Assembly: GCA_051362555.1 (NCBI GenBank)
Contig: CM120646.1
Span: forward strand, 18,600,001 to 18,664,000
DNA: 64,000 nucleotides
Direction of reading: 5' to 3'
Source of the DNA: Lingula anatina
Lineage: Eukaryota; Animalia; Brachiopoda
Both the position numbers and the translations under genes were made by a program. Below are positions 37,667 to 49,994 of this stretch, in pieces. Under the pieces are notes generated by a model. It ran no database searches and was not told where the DNA came from. It saw only the letters and a list, made by a program, of their open reading frames with translations. Within the stretch, counting starts at the first letter, position 1; each line of letters starts with the position of its first letter.

Positions 37667-37750
37667 CCTACATCACATTAAACACGCTGCTTTCCTTCAG
37701 TCACATGGCTAAATGTTGTATGTCCTGCAGTACAGGAAATGGCGACCGAG
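37667..37750 (-). other. Probable non-coding first exon and promoter region of the TTC3-like gene
   Basis: Strong donor G|GTGAGT at 37667/37666, YY1-type CGCCATTT at about 37737-37744 and locally raised CpG. The ATG exon has its own acceptor at 34903-34904, so an upstream exon is required. Confidence 0.55.
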
Positions 37751-38269
37751 TATATGCTGAGAGCCGAAAGGGATTTCTAAACCATTTCCGTTCTACTGTA
37801 AATAATTATCAGAGTCTGAAAATGCTTGTGAACAGAAAAATGGATTTTAATCCACTTAAATTATAAAATTTAATTATGTTTATAAAAATTAAAAAGTAGG
37901 TCTTAAGAATTATTTCATCCTTACGGTCAACTATAAGAACAATCTTGGCCTACTAATCCAAAGACGTGCCTCAACGAGCCCCTGTCATGCTGTGCATGTA
38001 AATGTGTTGTTAAACGTTGTTTTATTCATTAATTATTCCACAAGATGCGTGAAACGTACATACGTTCATTTTATTTACCGTGAATCGTGAAGCACCCCAT
38101 TCCTGTGACTCGTGGATGCAACTTTTTATATATTCTCGATCCGTATATATTCTCTTATGTAATAAACGCTATTTATTGCTCGTGTGAAGTTCAGTTGTTA
38201 TATAGATCATGCTTTATTCATTGTAACGTATGCATCTACATGGATAGATGTAAATGTACAAAAGGAATG

Positions 38270-38935
38270 CAAATATAAATAAATATGAATTAAGTTAAAT
38301 AGTGATATTGTACGACTCCTTGTATGAAAAATACAAAACATATATTTGGCAGAGCCCAAATGGTTCTACCTACTCAACTGGTAATGGGTGCAGCACAGTC
38401 CCTTTTTTGGAAGGCTAACCATAAATATTTGGCAAGAGCAATAATATGTTCATTCTCCTTACCAGTCATTAGTGTTTTAAATTTATCCATTCTGGTAAGA
38501 TGCTCAAAGTTACTATGTTGTTTTTTGTATACTGAATAAAGATCATATCGGAGGTCTGTATAAAGGGGGCATGACACTAGGAAATGGATTTCATCTTCTG
38601 TTTCGCCAGAATGGCACTTTTTGCAAATTCTGTCTGCTTGGGGAATTTTTTCATGTCTACCTGTTTCAATACCTAGGTTGTGTGCACTTATGCGGCATCT
38701 GGTTAAAGTGGTGCATTTATCTCTATCTTTATAATTGTATCTAAGTATCTTTCCTTCACACATTTGTTCTTGTATTGACAATAAACTTGCAATTTGGGCT
38801 TGGTGTTGGTTATGTCTCTCTGCCATTCTTGTGTTATTCTGTCCCTGATTCTTTCCCTAAACCGCTGGATAAAGTTTTTATCTAATCTTTGGCCTAGCCA
38901 CACGTCACCAAAACCGTTCTCAAATGTATTTATAC
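38270..38935 (-). mobile_element. 5'-truncated, frameshifted non-LTR retrotransposon fragment (RTE-X-like ORF2 C-terminus)
   Basis: GFGDVW..F..RIRD...QEW...KL..Y..YK, then a frameshift to LTRCRISAHNLGIETGRH..IPQADRICKKCHSGETEDEIHFLVSCPLYTDLR, the zinc-knuckle tail typical of RTE-X-type LINE ORF2. Confidence 0.85.
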
Positions 38936-39642
38936 ATTCTTACAGCAAATTAGCTATTAACCCAGAAAAATGTTCTTCTCAAAACTCTTTTATTTTCTTA
39001 CTCATATTTAGGGCACAATGCGCTTTTGTTTGCTATTGTCGGTTACACCCTTGCTCTTTATAGGCTGTCTTCATGTGGGCGGGGAGGGTTTACTATTCCC
39101 CCAAAGCTGAGAGAGGTCCTCGCGTGCACGTGTAGGCCTATTCATCATGATCAGCAAGTCGGCGTCTTTCATGGAATTACTCGATCAGGTCTTCAACCTT
39201 TAACTTTGAATCTTGTCTCCTGCAGCAGCACTTTGATGTGGTTTTGAGGGTGTTTTGAATCTAAGTGACCACGTGAATTGGTATCATGTAATGAGAAGTT
39301 GACAGGGTGATGTTTTCTCACTATAAACACCTGAAACATCAGCAAAACGTGTCCTGCTTGAGGGAGGCGTTTAAAGAAATTGTCCGGGGTGCACCTTAGA
39401 TCTAGAAATGTTTTCCCATGTACCCACCATTATTTTAATTATTATAGTATTGTTGTTGTTGTTGCTGTTTTGTAATAAATGGTGCCTATATATAAATGTC
39501 CATTTTCAGAGGAGTGAGCTTTATGCAGCACCCTGAGTTTGAAAGATCTGATATGACTCTGTCTCATCTTCTTAGCTCAGCTATAGGCTCTCTCTATTCC
39601 ACCGCATGTATAATAGACTTTCGATCTTTGACTCAGGGTAGT

Positions 39643-39696
<54 letters not shown>

Positions 39697-39697
39697 T
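39643..39697. repeat. (TAA)n microsatellite
   Basis: About 18 TAA units. Confidence 0.95.
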
Positions 39698-39721
39698 AGA
39701 AAAAAGAGAAGGTGTTATACA

Positions 39722-39974
39722 CAGGCCTAGTCTAAAAACTGCCATGCAGTCTGTCACAGTGGAATTTAACTGATGGGAGCTTATGAAGCAAAGGGAGTCT
39801 ACAGTGATGACGGCTGCAACCCAGTTTGCCTCCTTTTTTGCCGTTCTTTTTCCTTAAAAGCTTTTGCCAGTAAAAGGTCCCCATTTGGTAAAATTTTATC
39901 CAGGCACACAAAGATTTCATGGTGAAAGGTCCACTTTTTCAGAAAAAGCCATGAATTTGCTGGATAAGGGCCTG
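39722..39974. mobile_element. Degenerate MITE related to the 17404 element
   Basis: caggcc...ctggataagggcctg termini and internal aaaggtccact, the reverse complement of agtggaccttt in the 17404 copy. Confidence 0.4.
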
Positions 39975-40128
39975 AAAGGACTATATGCTTTACAGCCTTG
40001 ATCGATCTAACAATGTCAAATATTTACCTTACTTCTTAAAGTGTGGTCTGACTATTCTATATACCACTCTGATTCAGTTACACAATACTGCATGTTTGAC
40101 TTAAGACACGGTATGGGTATTGCGACAC

Positions 40129-40136
40129 TATATAAG
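40129..40136 (+). promoter_or_regulatory. Candidate TATA box of the DAZAP2-like gene
   Basis: TATATAAG lies about 115 nt upstream of the ATG at 40247. Confidence 0.4.
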
Positions 40137-40246
40137 ACTCACACATAGCTGTCGCTGTATTGCCTTGCTGTCACTGCAGTCGATTTTAGAGGTGAATTTC
40201 GGCCACATTAAGGATCGGTGAAGGATAAGTAACCTTATTTTCCATC

Positions 40247-41782
40247 ATGTCATCAAGTAAGTTTTACCTTAGGGCTGCATTAAACTAAGAGAGAATTGAA
40301 TCTCTGTGTATATACGATTCTAATTATACTCAACGTGGAATCTGATTTCATTGATGACTATCCCGGACAAATTGATATTCGACGACTTGTTTTTACAAAA
40401 TGGACACGAGTGCTCCAGTTTTGTTGAGCATATCATAATGATAATCAACTAAAACAAGTTCTAAAGAAAAAGCCAAGGTATATTTCTTAACAATATGCAA
40501 CGTACGGATTGTAATCAACGCGGTGTACTACAGTGTATATCTTGCTCAATCGGTGTCATATGTTTTAATTTCTTTCAGAGAAAGATATGCCTCAACAGCC
40601 TCAAGGACCCCCTCCTCCATACCCCTACATGGTAAGATATGGGAAAGAATTAGATATGAGAAAACGATATTGGCGGCCTAGGTGTAACTCAATAACTAAT
40701 TGACTGGCCGTGTTTAGGGTGTTTGGTATCGTCTTTGCAGCCACACCCTCCCTATTACTGAATTTAAATATACAGTCTGTTCTATGTTATAGTTACTATT
40801 ATTGTAATTGATTGTACCTTTATGTGAAGGTGTTTGTCAATAAAGAATCATCATCATCATCTTACTGTTAATATACGCAGGCATCAAGGGGTACATGTGC
40901 ATTTTTCATTTACAAGTCGGTGCCTGCACACCATACGGCTGCATGATAAGATCAGTGATATGGTCGGCGGGGCTTGCAAAGTCCTCACTGGAATTTCCTA
41001 TAGGTCTGATCTTGAAACGTTTTGATATTTCGTCTATTGCAGCATCCTTTTGGTGTAGTTCTCAGGATTTGAGCATGAGTAACTATGAATTGGCATAGTG
41101 TGATGTGTTTTATCCCTATGAGCATCTGAAACATCAGCCCATGCAGTCATATGTTTCAAAATACTCTCGCATTTTTGGAACCCAATTTTCTCAGAGTAAA
41201 CATGATGATTTCAATTCGTTTCATTAGCCTCAGCAGCCAAATCAGTATGGTCACCCACAGACCCTACCGGTCTACATGGGGCAATATGACGCTGGGGCAA
41301 GATTTGGAGCTGGGGCTACGACCAATATACCAGTATGTATCCTCTCCACCTCTCTCCCTCCTTCCCTCCCTCCCTCCCTCTCTTTCTCTCTCCCTCCCTC
41401 CCTCTCTCATTTTTCTCTAGATTTCCGATCTTTTCTTTTTCAAATCCATTAGAATCATATTGGATGTAAGTTCTACGGTGTAATAACTTCGGTATAAGAA
41501 TCGCCAAGAAAATAAAGGCATATACACTTGTAGTGATATCATTATAGAATATCACACAATTGGATTAAAAAGAAATAAAACACAGACCTCAATAGACTCA
41601 ATAGATATATTTGCACAAAGTACATAGGCTCCTTATTATTTACAATACTTTCACTTTCGTTTTAGCCCCCACCTCCAGGTTGTGCTCCGAACGCAGCGCA
41701 AATGGCAGCCGCTCAGGGGTATAATGTCACTGTGACCAAGAAAAAGGGCCGCTCGGATGGAGGATTCACGATCTCCGATTAA
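40247..41782 (+). CDS. DAZAP2: DAZ-associated protein 2-like, 94 aa, 4 exons
   Basis: Exons 40247-40256, 40579-40631, 41228-41332 and 41666-41782 (GT-AG, in phase) give MSSKKDMPQQPQGPPPPYPYMPQQPNQYGHPQTLPVYMGQYDAGARFGAGATTNIPPPPPGCAPNAAQMAAAQGYNVTVTKKKGRSDGGFTISD*. YDAGARFGAGA..NIPPPPPGC.PNAAQ is the DAZAP2 signature. The ORF track misses this gene. Confidence 0.9.
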
Positions 41783-42804
41783 ACACAGGCTTGAGAAAAA
41801 TGTGTTAAGTCCAATTTCAAAGACGTCTCCACTTTGAGCTTCTCACTTCTTCAATTCCTAATATAGGATTTCCGACTAACTGGCGTTCATTACAGAAGTG
41901 AATTTCGTAGTGGGCTTGAATGCTCCGGGTCTGTCTAATTCTAGACAGCTAAAGTGATACAGGATGCGGATAAAAACAAACTTGACGATTGACATTCTTA
42001 AAATAAAGAGTGACAAAAAGAAAGAAACTAGCAACAGCCGTCATATAAATGGAAACTATGTTACGACAAACTTTATGCTAATGTGCTCCTTGGCTTGAGT
42101 GGGTAATTGACGTCGGTAAAATTGGTCATGAACTAGAACAGAAAGAATTATAATATACGGACGTATTGGAATAGACGTGAATAGAATTGAATTCGGAAAC
42201 AACTACAGATAGAACCTATACATGCAACTGTAGAATCAGTGATTAATCGAACTCTCTGTTCATTTGTTATATATAGTTTACAAGCATACCCCTCCGAAAA
42301 TGCCATGCGCCTGTATAGTAATAATAGTAAGCCTAACTACAAACGCTGACATCATGTCTGATGACATTCCAGATAGACCCTATATTCGTTAACATCCTTT
42401 GGTATCAAAAATATAAAATATGAGTGAAACTTAAAGTCCTCTCAACAGTTACTTATTTTATCTGTGTTAATTGTTTTATAAGAATCACCTACTATATATC
42501 ATCCATTTTTTTCACTCGGAGTAACAAGTTGTTGCGAACGATTTTTTTTCATCGGAGTATTTGTGATAAATAGGCCTATGTGGATTTTGTAGAGGTATTG
42601 TAATGTTATGTGTACACGTGGAATAAAATAGAAAGATGCATAATCTAGTTACATACGTTGTCATATTTTTTTAATTTTCTTAAACGGGCTTGAAGAGTTT
42701 GACAAGTTCAGGAATTGATCAATTAAGGCGCTATTTTCCTTCCACTTTCTTTTTTCTTTTTTTTCTTTTTACACATTCTTGTAGGTAGTGACACATTAGG
42801 CTTG

Positions 42805-43063
42805 AACGGAAGTAAGAAACAGGATACTTTAAACGAAATCAATAATGACTGATTGGTGAATCTGTCAATAGGATATTTTCAATCAGTGTTTTTATTCGCT
42901 GTCATATTGGTTCCCCATTTACCATATTAATTTCGCTGTCGAACTTTTCTTGAATGTGTAGCTTACAAATGCGACAGGTGCCTTCTCAGTTGTCTCATCT
43001 AACACAATGTACTTTGGTCCAATGACAGAGTGGAAACTGCTTGAGTGCGGCCCTTTTACCAAA
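42805..43063 (+). promoter_or_regulatory. Probable housekeeping promoter and 5' UTR of eIF3f
   Basis: ETS-type CGGAAGT at about 42807, inverted CCAAT (gattgg) at about 42851, pyrimidine tract cccttttacc just before the ATG. Confidence 0.35.
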
Positions 43064-46000
43064 ATGGCCGGCAGCCTCGTGTGTCGGGTTCATCCCGTTG
43101 TTTTATTCAGTATTGTTGACTCGTATGAGAGGAGAAATGAAGATGCAAGGAGAGTGATTGGCACATTATTAGGTAACGTATCTTTTAGCTGAAAGTCATG
43201 TAGATTAACATGATGCGAGTAGAGGTATTTTAGTTGGAAAATACCGGCATATGGGAACTTTTTCTTTTTTAGTAATTTGCTTTGCTTCAACTGTTTGTTG
43301 TTTGATTAACAAACAACACATTTGTCAGCGAACCAAAGTGGGTTTGTCTCATATATCAACGGCTCTTGTTACGTTACATATACGTTTGCCTGAATATATT
43401 AAACTTAAAAGTTTTGCCCATGTTGCATGCATATGATGCAGATGTATTCGAGTGATCAGTCCGTGTGGTACTTTTTAAGACCAATACAAAGCGTCAACCC
43501 CCCTTCCCACTACTTCCAACTTCATGCGAAAATTTAATTGATTTTTTCAGGAACTTTGGACAAAGGTGCTGTGGAAGTAACAAATTGTTTTACAGTGCCA
43601 CATAACGAATCAGAAGATGAGGTGAGTTCCTAAACTTTTTCTTTTACACAGTCGCCAGCTCAGAAGTAGTCAACTTAAGGCAATAGAGGACCACAGACAG
43701 GCTACTCTTGGGCTGTCTTGTAAACATAACTTTTATTACATCAACAACAGAATGCAACAGTGATATCAAGGTTTTGTTCTACAGATAAAACTGATCTTCG
43801 GGGAAATATCTGTGCAGTTATTCTCAGTGTGACTACACTACACTCCTCCCCCCCAAATCAAGTGAACCCGAGTGGCTAAACTCACTTATTCTTGTGATAA
43901 CTACAGTCTAACTAGTAGTGATACACAAAGGAGGCTGACACACCCTGATCAGGGGCATGAACAACTTACCATTAAATTTCCACTGTCTGGACTCCTATGC
44001 AAACTTCAAAAAAGCTCCTAGTCTGTCACTACAATCTGTACCAATTGGATTTACCCAGTAGGAAGAACGTAGGAATATTGGCGTAGTGAAGAATATACAC
44101 AAAGGGGATGTTGAATCTACGGAGTTGTCTCTCTAGCGAGGTCGCTCAGTGGAATGGCTGAGTAAAGACTGCTCTCAAATTTTCCGCTGTCTGTTTCATA
44201 CTGCTAGGTGGCGCAACATCATATTAATAGGTGGCGCTATATCCAATACAATCCACAACCGTAATCACAACAAAACTTTCAAAACTAGAAAAATTAGAAT
44301 ATCATTGTGATTTCATAAGTTTGTGACATAATCTTAAAGATCAAAGACACTATTAATTTTTACAACATGAATTTCAGTGATTGCAGTTTTTAAAAATGCT
44401 TGTTATTATGTTTACTTGTACCCTTGAAGTAGAAGGTTCGAATTAATGTGTTTGTGTATGTGTGTTTTTCAGGTTGCAGTTGATATTGAATTTGCAAGGA
44501 ATATGTACGAGTTACATAAGAAAGTTAATCCAGGGGAAGTTATAGTTGGATGGTGAGTGAATTTTTTTATAATCACAGCAGCACTCAGATGGTCACAAAT
44601 ATATTTTAAAGTTGTAAGTCTTTTTTTTTCAAATGCAGAACTAATTTTATCATCAACTCTCAAGTTTACAAAGGTAGACATGAATTAATGCTGAAAGAAA
44701 GATAATGTTTAACTTTGTTAGTTGGTCTGTCAAAGCTAAAGTAAGGGTGAAAATGCAGAAGCATTAGCTTTTGGATCTTCAATCTTTTATTGGTCTGACC
44801 ACTTCTTCCAATACCAATAAACACTGCTTCACTATTTACAACATTCAACTCACTTTTATCAATTTCAGCTAGAGAAAGACACTCTTTTCTAGGACTAGTT
44901 CTCTTGTATTCCAGGTACTCGACTGGTTCTGAAGTTACGGAGCACTCTGTGTTGATACATGAGTACTATGCCAGAGAGGCTAAGAACCCTATCCATCTCA
45001 CAGTGGATACAACACTCAGGGGAAACAAGATGGGGATCAAGGCTTTCTTGAGGTGATTAATTATTAAAAAGATAAAGATTTCAAAAGATGCAACAAGGTT
45101 TTACATTTACCATGAAAAGGCCTGTGACAGAAATGTTTCGTTTTAATTGTCTTAAAGATATTGATAAAGTATTGAAATGATTGAAATGAAATTGAAATGG
45201 TGAATGTGATCGTTTTTGCACAAAAAAAAAAAAAAAAAAAAAAAAATCATGATGAAAACTTTTAATTTAAGAATATGGCTACAGTAATTATATTTCTAGC
45301 ATCTTGTGGTCTATCTGATGCAAAGCATGCCCCATTCCGTTTATGTGAGAGATTGAAAAATTGCTCTTATAATCAATTATAATGTTATTGTGTTTTTTCA
45401 GTTCTTCTATGGGTGTCCCTGGGAAGACAATGGGAACAGTGTTCACACCAATCCCAGTGGATATAGCATTCTATGAGCCAGAGAGGGTAGGAGGTAGGCA
45501 AAAACAGGGCTGTACTAGCAGTTTATTATTTGCTGTACAAAGAGAAGTTCATGTATTTGTTATTATTTCTTTTAACTTGGGGTAATAAATAAATGTATGA
45601 AAAGTGATAAAAAATAAAGTGCAAGTAGATCTTTGAGCCAGGCACAATTTTGAAGTTGAAATGAACCCTTTTCTTGGATTTTACTATTAGTAAAGAGTTT
45701 TTTCCAAAATCTTTTTACAAGTAATTTTTAGAGCCTCATGTAAAGAGAAGTATAAAATCCCCCAATGCATTTATAGTCTTCTCTTTCTTCAATTAAAAAA
45801 AGAAATTAACTTTCATTGTGAATTCCAGTTGAGTTTGTTCAGCAAGGTAAAAATAACCCCAAGAGAACCGTTTCCATGACAACAGATCTGAACCAGGTGA
45901 CAAATGCGTGCAACTCCATGCAGGAAATGTTGTCTGTCACCATAAAATATGTTGATGATGTCTTGGTAAGTGAGGCAAAGGTTAAAATTCATGTGATGTG

Positions 46001-46904
46001 ACAAACTTCAGCATGTTTTCTTTTATCTATGATAGAATACAATCTCATATTTCAGGCTCTTTTAGAAAAACATTTCACTGGCAGTTGTATCTCTTTTTGT
46101 TGTCACATGCAGAGATGGCAAAAATTACTGTTTTTTTTTTTTTTCATTGTTATATTGGTTTTCAGCCAAGTAACAATCTCTTTCCCATATATTGAGGGTT
46201 TTTAATTCGTGATGCTTATTGCCTTGCCTTGTTTAAAAAAATTCACGATTTTATCACTATTTTCCTCACCTTCAGGCAGGTGCCTTGTTTAAAAAAAAAA
46301 TCATAGTTTTATCCCTATTTTCCTCACTATCAGGCGGGTAAGATTCCAGCAGATGCCACAGTCGGCAGATTCCTAATGGACTTGGTGAATACAGTACCCA
46401 AGATTGATGCGGAGCAGTTCGAGGAAATGCTGAATTCCAACATGAAGGTAATTTACCGTATATATTGCGACACGCATGACCCCGGCCTGTCTCATAAAGA
46501 TGATTTAATTTTAAGGTCAAGCTTAGACTGTGAAAATAAGATAAAGGATTAAGATAGCTATCACTGTTGTTACTAGTTGCCTGTGCTGTATGCCCCATGG
46601 GTTCATTCTTAAAGGTCTGCATTTTAAATTTGATCAGAACTTTGTTTTCTCAGGCGTATTTAAATTATTTACCATGATACCAATCTTTTAGTTGAATTGC
46701 GAAATGAGAAGACCATACTAAAAATGTATTGTCATCAGTTACATGTGACCTAGACTTTGGATATAAATTTGGATATAAAACAGTCATCCTGATATGCATT
46801 ATCCATATGTACATGTATGATTTCAGGACCTACTGATGGTGGTTTACCTGTCCAACCTGACCCGCACTCAGCTACAACTGAATGAAAAGATGAGTCTGTT
46901 ATGA
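43064..46904 (+). CDS. EIF3F: Eukaryotic translation initiation factor 3 subunit F, 272 aa, 8 exons
   Basis: Exons 43064-43172, 43551-43621, 44473-44552, 44915-45052, 45402-45493, 45829-45965, 46334-46447, 46827-46904 (819 nt). MPN-domain motifs [77 protein letters not shown], and C-terminal [32 protein letters not shown]. Confidence 0.97.
46226..46339 (+). repeat. Two-copy ~57-bp duplication of an eIF3f 3' splice site
   Basis: gccttgtttaaaaaaa..ttttatcactattttcctcaccttcag|gcaggt is followed by gccttgtttaaaaaaa..ttttatccctattttcctcactatcag|gcgggt. Confidence 0.85.
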
Positions 46905-49900
46905 AATGCCCTGTTACAGTCTTATTATTCCAATCTTCATTTGACTCTTATGAAGAAGCGCTTAGCACAACAAATAGCCACACCATTGGGCCAAAAAAGC
47001 TCAACTTGTGTGCATAGGCTTCTGTCAGGAAACTGGCTTGGTATAAATGCATTTCACATGTCAAACCTTATAAACTGGTAAATACCTGTGTGATTTTATG
47101 GCTACTAGATGGCGCCAGCTGTTGGACAGAACTGATATTGGGACCTTAAAGATTCAGTTACTACAAGAATGATGGCCGATGGACATCTAATGTCAGGATT
47201 TGGAAATGAGCTAATCATGTTATTTACTGGAAAATAATAGCAGAATTGACACATGGCCTAAACCCATTCACTTTGTGCTTGGGTTCTGGTGTTGACATCA
47301 TTGTCTATAATAGTAACAAACCTAGAGGCATTGCAAAATAACATGCAATGGTCATTGGAGGTTAACTAGAAACAACAGCAGAAACATTGACATACTCAGT
47401 ATGGGTTGTAATGCTGCCAAGATAAAAGTTGTTCCATCTCATAACTTCAGTTTCATTTTTACTTTTGTGACATTTAGAATTATTCTTATCCAGTCGAGAA
47501 TGTATTTATATTTAAATATGATAAACAAATAAAAAGACAGTACAATTTTTTTATTTCTTTTATTATTTCTTGTATGTTTATACATGTTTACAATTAAAGT
47601 AATAATAATAGTTTCAACAAAGATAATAACAAACAAAAAGAAAGAAGACTGAAATGAAATAAAAATATTGGCAAGAAGAGGATTCTAGTGTGAGATGAGA
47701 AAAAATCGGTCTGCTGAAAAACAGCCTGTCACGGAGTTTGGATGTCATGTTTTCAAATATTTGCACAAAAAGTGGTTCACTTTAAAGGTAAAATAACACC
47801 AAATGTAGCGACCACAAGCTGTTATCTACTACTGCACTTACAGGACTGTACACTGCTGTGTGAACATTTTACCTATAGATCTACAACCATTGCAATCAAT
47901 TTAAAAAAAAATTGCTCAATTAACATATCAGTAAAGGTCCATCAAGTATTGAAGATACCTTTCACGTGTTTGTAACCATTGTGTGTGATACAGGACCTCT
48001 GTACTGGTCTCTGGATGACCAATAACAAAACTGACCCAGAACATCTACCTTGGATGACTAACATATACAATAACAAATTGTATGTAGTAGAATTGCTCTA
48101 ATGCAATAAAAACTAAAGATAAAATGATTTTAATGCACTAAAGATGGAAAGTGATTGTATTCAGGATTTTAACTTTTTGAATGAGATATAGTGACCACTA
48201 CAAAATATGGCAGATGAGTGTAACACTGCTACTGATTTGAAACCCAGGAAAGGAATGACAGAAATGTTGTCATTACTTCTACAATAAAAAACAATTTTTT
48301 TTTTTTACATAGTGAAGTGTTGTGAAAATGTGCTATCAGTAAATGTAAGTTATAAGAAACAGATAATTATAAGATAATTATAAGATCCTGACCTTAATAA
48401 TTATGTACTAAAATGGGTTTACACCAACTAGTAAATATCACGTTTCACTTTCATACTGCTATTGATAAACAACACATCTGTAAAGTAAATAAATGTTACA
48501 CTGCATTTATTGGGGTGTGCACTGATAATAGGCAAGATCCTACTCCTCATTAATCCAAGGGGGAAAAAGACATCAATTTCAGATGTGTATATCTTGAACC
48601 TGGCAGAAATGCTATGGTCTTTTAATTAATAGGATTTTAGGGACATAGAGCCCTCTTAAATATACCTTTCAAAGTTGCATTGATAAGTTGCTTAAATATG
48701 AAGCCAATAAATATATACTCTACAACAACTTGGTGACCTGCAAAATTCTCATTCAGTTTTCAAACAAGTTTTCAGTGACAACTGATACTGCAAATTATCA
48801 CTAACAAACTGAATCAAGCATGGGTTGGCCAATACACGTTTCCAAATAAATTAGGTTTATAACTGCTCCCCTACCTACCATAGGCCATGACTAAGTCTCT
48901 ATCTGTGCACCTTTACACATGCACTCATTTTCCCTGGCAAAATCTTTTACTCGCCCATGAGTTACTATATGTAACATTTCCAAGCTCCAGCAGAAAAAAT
49001 TCAGAAAAAAGAAACATGTAACCTTCACACACTAAATGTAAATTTTAGCACCTTACATTTCACAAATCAAACTATAACGAAAGAACAAAACCCTCTTCTC
49101 CACTTTTCACCATATTAATTAAAGTCCTTTTACAATAAATATGTCTAATTAAAAATCAACATTAAATCCTTTCACAATTCCATTTCAAACCTTTCCAGAC
49201 AATAAGTCCTAATTATTTTCACAGTGCTTCTTTATCTTCACTTCTCAGTTGTTTGTCATGGCAATCCTCTAAGCTTATCACTTCTTGTTCAGGAAAATAT
49301 TTCATCAAACTTCAACTAAATATTACTTCCATTTATAAACTCCTTTCCTCCCTGCATCTTTTTTTTTTTTAGTTTTGTATATATATCACACTGAATTGAT
49401 TATCAATCAAATTATGATCCACGAAGTTACGACATATCTTCTGGTATGTTACTTGCACTTATTTTGAAGGCTGGGGGTGGGGTGAACCAGGGGTCAATCA
49501 CCTGACATTTACGTACAAAAACCATCCCTTTTACAATAAAATCTGCCCATTCATGTTCATTGCCAGCAAGGTACAAGTGGGACCTCCTGTGCATACCCGA
49601 CTCAATCTCTTTAAGGTGATGCATGTCCTTAAAACAGCATTTAGATAATTCTTTTCACTCTTTCCTGTACAAAATTAGATTAAATAGTGTATGTACCTTA
49701 TTTTAAAATTTGTGCCACAATGTGCTATTGTGTTTATGATACTTTTCAATTATACTGTTCTAAATTAACTTATATATAATAGTCTATAAAGAGATAACTT
49801 ATTTCTAAAATGGCTCCCAAACTGTACTCTGTATGACTATGGGACTTTCTTTTTATCTGCACTCCATAAAATTATACGCAAGTTCCTCTTAATACTCCAC

Positions 49901-49994
49901 CCTTTGATTTCATTTCAACTGCCATCTTAATTAACACAGTAGTCATTGGGATAAGATCCACTCTTCCAATATGTAATGGTATTTTTTCATTTTT

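Noticed and set aside
38374-38826. 150-aa zinc-finger ORF as a host gene
   Set aside because: It is a frameshifted C-terminal fragment of a LINE ORF2.
39190-39335. 45-codon open stretch after a tttcag acceptor on the - strand
   Set aside because: No recognisable homology or partner exon, and the length is compatible with chance.
43007-43063. Upstream in-frame ATGs extending eIF3f
   Set aside because: The ATG at 43064 has strong context (aaaATGG) and matches where invertebrate eIF3f homology begins. The upstream ATGs probably precede or flank the TSS.
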